A stretch of 64,000 bases of DNA, from NCBI GenBank assembly GCA_002269645.1, contig NIVC01001772.1, forward strand, positions 62,001-126,000, given 5' to 3'. The notes under the pieces were generated by a model, which did no database searches, was not told the DNA's origin, and saw only the letters and a list, made by a program, of their open reading frames with translations. Below, in pieces: positions 59,197 to 64,000 of the stretch (positions are counted from its first letter, which is position 1; each line of letters opens with the position of its first letter). This DNA is from Macrostomum lignano. Its lineage: Eukaryota. Made by a program: the position numbers and the translations under genes.

Positions 59197-61417
59197 TTTG
59201 GCTATTATACCGACTTTTTCCTTGACGTACAGGCTAGGCTATACAATTTTAACGTGTCCTAAATCAAGTTAGGGTCTAACTAAAGCTTTATAAATTCCCA
59301 GAATCGAAGGCTAAAAAATAGAAAGATAGTAATAACAGGTTCTAATTATTATACGATTTTGTCATAAAAATAAACTGCGATTTTTTGCTACACACTAAGC
59401 TTCCCACCACTAGTTATGTACTTGTAAGCGTGGCAGCGTGGTTAGAAATTTTATTCGAAAGAAATGCTTGCAAATGCGTGCACGACGAAATTTTAAATTC
59501 ATTCGGTCATGTAATTTGGGTTTCTACGAAGCAAACATTTATTTGTTTGAAGTAATTTACAATTTATAGAAATTAAAAAGTATTTTAAGTCTATGCTAAA
59601 AGTGTTAAGTATTACTTATCATTTTAAAAATATTAATAAACACGTATGTCAAGGGTTTTTGTTTTAATTTAGTAACTAAGGCAAAGTAGGCTTTTGAATT
59701 AGCTAATTCTGCGAATACTTCTAAAGAATAAGAGTCAGACCGTCAGCCTGATAAGTGATAATGCTTTTTAAGTGTGCATGCATTGCGTACATCTAACATC
59801 ATAATGCATGTACGGTACATGCATGATGTAAGTAGATAAAATTGTTACACGTATTTAGCGTTTGAAAGCAGTGAAGGCTTTGTAAACAAGATCAAGGATA
59901 ATCACAAAACAATCTTCGTTATGAAGCCAACTTTTGTTTCGAGCGTCACCCAAACCGGCGAGAGGCATTACTGCTCATTCCGCCTTACCCTTGAGCAGGT
60001 GCGCCCGGATACGTACGCAGTACGCAGACAGGGCGCCAACTGTACTGATCGAGTTACAACTGCATACATACTATTAGCTTAATATTCTGGGTGTGGGGAT
60101 GGCGTTGTAACCCCGAAGAATAAAAAAACCTATTATTCAGCCTTGGATATACAATACGCAAAATTGAAAACCCCCAGTATTGGCCGAGCGATTGACTTCA
60201 GCTCACTACACTGCAAGTGGGGGCGAAATGTTTTTAACTCTGGCTTCCTGTCCAAGGGTGGTGGTTTCTACGTTGCTGAGTATGAGTATAAATGTCTTAC
60301 AAAATATGCTTGCATATACACGTGATATGTACTACATGTAAATAATCAATCTACAGCGGTACTGTAAATGGTGATGCAGAGAGACAATACGGGTTCCATC
60401 AGGCCTCTGTAAAAATGTATATTGTAACGAACTATGCATAATTACGGCTCGTACATCTATAAAGTCCGCGTTTTTAAAGATTTGATGCTTTCGCATTCGC
60501 AATAAGATGTTAGTTTATTTTATTACTCCTTGTGACAGGCAAAAACGGTTATTAAGAGCTTTGACTCTCGAAGAGCAGCACAGCTTGCTGACGGCAAATT
60601 CCGCAAAACTTAGATAAAAAACTTATTAAAAACAACCCCTTTATGTTTAGTTAGTCAAGTCTTGGCACAAGATCAAGACAGAAAACCTTATTGAATCTCG
60701 CGCACTGGAAGGTAAACAAACGGAACTGCAAACATCATGGAATACCGAGATTACAAAATTAATAGTAGCAAAATGAAAATAATAATAAGTAGTTAAAAGG
60801 CAACCAGTAAGATAATGGTATGGATCTGGGAGCAGAATGCTATTGCAAGATAGAAAACTGCTATGTAAAGCCCTGTAGAGCACACGACTCAAATTTAATT
60901 GGGAGTAAAGTTAATTTAATAACCTAAAATATGAAATCTTAATTACCCGCGTTTTTAAAATCAAATAGAGAAAATTAATGAGACAAATGAATAGCTATAC
61001 ACCAAGAGGCATCAGTAGTTAAAAAACTTATTGCTTTACTGTTATTTTAGTAAAACTGGAATTGAGTTGGCCCGAAAATACTTTATAATCTTGTATCTAT
61101 GTCAACTACTTACAGTACAGATGTAAGGAAATAGATGAATGCAGTTAAACAAACAAGCAAACAAAATAGCTCGCTGATTAAGTGGTGGCAGTGTCGGACT
61201 GACAGAGCCAATGCTAAAGAAATGTTTAAAAAGCAATTTTCCACGAGCATTTTAATGAGTTTGGATTAGCTTGTTGCCGGTAGGTTGGTGAAAGCAGCAC
61301 TGTACTTTTCGAGTTAGTCAAATCTGCTAATCATATCATCGAAACGTTACTATCAGCTTCACTGTTCCATTAATATCCAGTTATTGACGATGTTAAAGAG
61401 AAGAAACTGACGCAGTT

Positions 61418-64000
61418 TTAAAATTTCAGCTCCTTTGCCATCTCCCAGGAGAATTCCGGATTGCCGAAGTGGCCGTAGCACGAGGTCTTCTGGTAGATCG
61501 GCTTGCGGAGCTCCAGGTCCCTGCGGGTGGGGATTAGGAGTTTGGGATTAGTCAAGCGTTGCATCATTTAGGAGTGAAATTTTTGCATTTTCATACATTT
61601 CATACATACATTTCAGCTTGAACTTGGCAAGTCAGACAGTGTCCGATTAGGGGTTAGTGTTCAGAGGGATCTGAGGGTGGATCCTCATGAATGATCGGAG
61701 GGAGCGGATCATGCTTGGGCGCAACCTTGGGATTCACTCGGCCGTTTCTATTGGCAACACACACATGTATGTCGCTATTGGACAGAATAGTAGTCACGTG
61801 ACTGCTCTCAGCCAATAGCGACTTACATGTGTGTGCTGCCAATAGAAACGGCCGGGTGATTCCCAAGGTTGCGCATGTATGGTCAGCGGATTATCTTTGA
61901 AGGATCTAGAAGGGAACGGATTATCTTTTGAATGATCTGGGAGGGAACGGATTATCTTTGAATGATCTGGTAGGGAACGGATTATCTTTGAATGATCTGG
62001 TAGGGAACGGATTATCTTTTGAATGATCTGGGAGGGAGCGGATTATCTTTTGAATGATCTGGGAGGGAGCGGATTATCTTTTGAATGATCTGGTAGGGAA
62101 CGGATTATCTTTTGAATGATCTGGTAGGGAGCGGATTATCTTTGAATGATCTGGAAGGGAGCGGATTATCTTTGAATGATCTGGAAGGGAGCGGATTATC
62201 TTTGAATGATCTGGAAGGGAACGGATTATCTTTTAAATAATCTGGAAGGGAACGGATTATCTTTTAAATAATCTGGGAGGGAACGGATTATCTCTTGAAT
62301 GATATGGGAGGGAGCGGATTATCTTTTAAATAATCTGGAAGGGAACGGATTATCTTTTAAATAATCTGGGAGGGAACGGATTATCTCTTGAATGATATGG
62401 GAGGGAGCGGATTATCTTTTGAATGATCTGGAAGGGAGCGGATTATCTTCGAAGGATCTGGGACTATGGGAGGGAGCGGATTATCTTCGAAGGATCTGGG
62501 AGGGAGATGATTTTTCTTGTGAAGAATCTGAGAGAGAGAGCGATTAACTTTGAAGTTTGAAGGGTCTGGGAGAGAGAGGATAAGCTTTGTGCTGAGCCTG
62601 CAGCGGAGTTAAGTATTTAGCAAATAAGAATCTGAGAGTCTTGACCCAAAACAGCTGAGCAACCATGAGTTGTCACTCACTTGACGATCCGGCCAGGCCG
62701 CAGGTCGAAGCTGGTCTCAACAATCCGCAGCAGTTCCTCGTCAGACTTGGCGCCGGTGCCGTAGGAGTTGAGATAGACGGCCAGCGGTTTGGCGACGCCG
62801 ATGGCGTAGCTGATCTGAACCAGCACCCGGCGGCACAGCTTGGCTTTCACCAACGATTTGGCAACCCAACGGGCGGCGTAGGCGGCCGATCTGTCCACTT
62901 TGCTGAAATCTTTGCCAGAGAATGCGCCGCCGCCGTGGGCGCCCCAGCCGCCGTAGGTATCAACGATAATCTTGCGGCCAGTGAGACCCGCGTCAGACTG
63001 CGGGCCGCCGATGACGAACCGGCCAGACGGGTTCAGATGGTAGACGGTGCGCTCGTCCAGCATCTCCTTGGGGCAGACGGCTTTAACTACGTGCTCCATA
63101 ACATCGTGGCGCAGCTTCTCCTGGGTGATGTTGTCGTCGTGCTGGGTGCTGACAACGATGGTGTGAATGCGCAGCGGTACACAGGCGCCGTTCTCGTCTT
63201 TGTACTCAACAGTTACCTTGAGAAGGCGGGTTAAGGGTTGGCGCAATTGAGATGGTGTCATTTTTTGTGCGATTGTACAAATTAATTATTTGCAATAACT
63301 AATCAAATTAATAGGGGTTGTAGCCTAGTGGGGGGTTGTAGCCTAGTGGGGGGTTGTAGCCTAGTGGGGGTTTGTAGCCTAGTGGGGGTTTGTAGCCTAG
63401 TTGGGGGGTTGTAGCCTAGTGGGGGGGTTGTAGCCCAGTGATTTTAGCGTCGGACTCACTATCCCACTCCCGAACCCACTGGAAAAATTCGCGTCCTTGA
63501 GCAAGACACTTAACTCTGCATTGCTTCAGGTCACCCAGATGCAAAACTACAATTGCAACTTGACTTAACTTGCAACTAGGTTAATAATGATTTAACCAAG
63601 GGGTTAGGGTGAGAGGGCTTCTAGATCCTCAACTCTTTACTGAATCAAAAGTAGCCTCATTAGCACACACACTGACTTTCTCTGGCTTCAACCAACCTGA
63701 GTTTTGGTGTCGGGCCTCAGCCAAGGAAGGGTGCCGTCACGTCTGCACTGGGCCAGCCTAGCATTGAGCCCATGGGCCAGCACAATGGTGAGCGGCATGC
63801 ACTCCTCAGTCTCGTCGGTGGCATAGCCAAACATAAGTCCCTGATCGCCAGCGCCAATGTCATCGTCAGCTCGGGCGACGTGGACACCCTGAGCAATGTC
63901 CGGGCTCTGCTCTTCAAGCGCCACTAGCACATTGCAAGTCTTATAATCGAAGCCTTTGCTAGAATCGTCGTAGCCAATCTGGCGGATTGTCTCGCGAATG
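61418..64000 (-). CDS. MAT: S-adenosylmethionine synthetase (MAT), 3' part; the gene continues beyond the window
   Basis: Exons >64000-63697, 63216-62681 and 61520-61418. [24 protein letters not shown] and terminal [33 protein letters not shown]. Confidence 0.97.
61719..61874. mobile_element. 156-bp near-perfect palindrome (fold-back MITE) in the MAT terminal intron
   Basis: Arms of about 68 bp, GCGCAACCTTGGGA...CTATTGG, pair with few mismatches around a central AGTCACGTGACT. Confidence 0.8.
61885..62510 (+). repeat. 31/32-bp minisatellite (GCGGATTATCTTTTGAATGATCTGGGAGGGA)n in the MAT terminal intron
   Basis: About 20 units. Confidence 0.9.
63313..63440 (+). repeat. G-rich 19-21-bp repeat (GGGGTTGTAGCCTAGTGGG)n in a MAT intron
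   Basis: About 6 units with G-runs of 4-7. Confidence 0.85.

Noticed and set aside
60300-61417. METTL16 UACAGAGAA hairpins in the MAT 3' region
   Set aside because: No nonamer on the sense strand. The best partial match (UACAGAGG, about 60407-60414) lies beyond the AATAAA signals near 60520.

Overview
Eukaryotic, intron-containing, extremely minisatellite-rich DNA with GC-rich exons and the standard genetic code. The style suggests a free-living flatworm such as Macrostomum, but this is inference only. Eight host genes could be rebuilt exon by exon with consistent GT-AG sites and phases: OSTM1-like (+), nicastrin (+), a cation-type nicotinic acetylcholine receptor alpha subunit (-), an intronless GH47 alpha-1,2-mannosidase (-), a MYO19-like myosin (+), adenosine kinase (-), NUS1/NgBR (-) and the 3' part of SAM synthetase (-). 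There are two Tc1/mariner elements with intact transposase ORFs (a DD34D mariner and a maT-like element with DD39D spacing), several MITEs, a tRNA-like Pol III/SINE head and about 30 tandem arrays, which account for most of the low-complexity ORFs in the track. Best leads: (1) a minimal Penelope-type hammerhead ribozyme motif in sense orientation in an nAChR intron; (2) a mariner inserted into a satellite whose monomer resembles its own TIR; (3) a MAT terminal intron at the position of the mammalian SAM-regulated detained intron, carrying a 156-bp hairpin; (4) a co-oriented MAT-NUS1-ADK cluster; (5) a 28-bp minisatellite that repeatedly lies just downstream of stop codons in one orientation.
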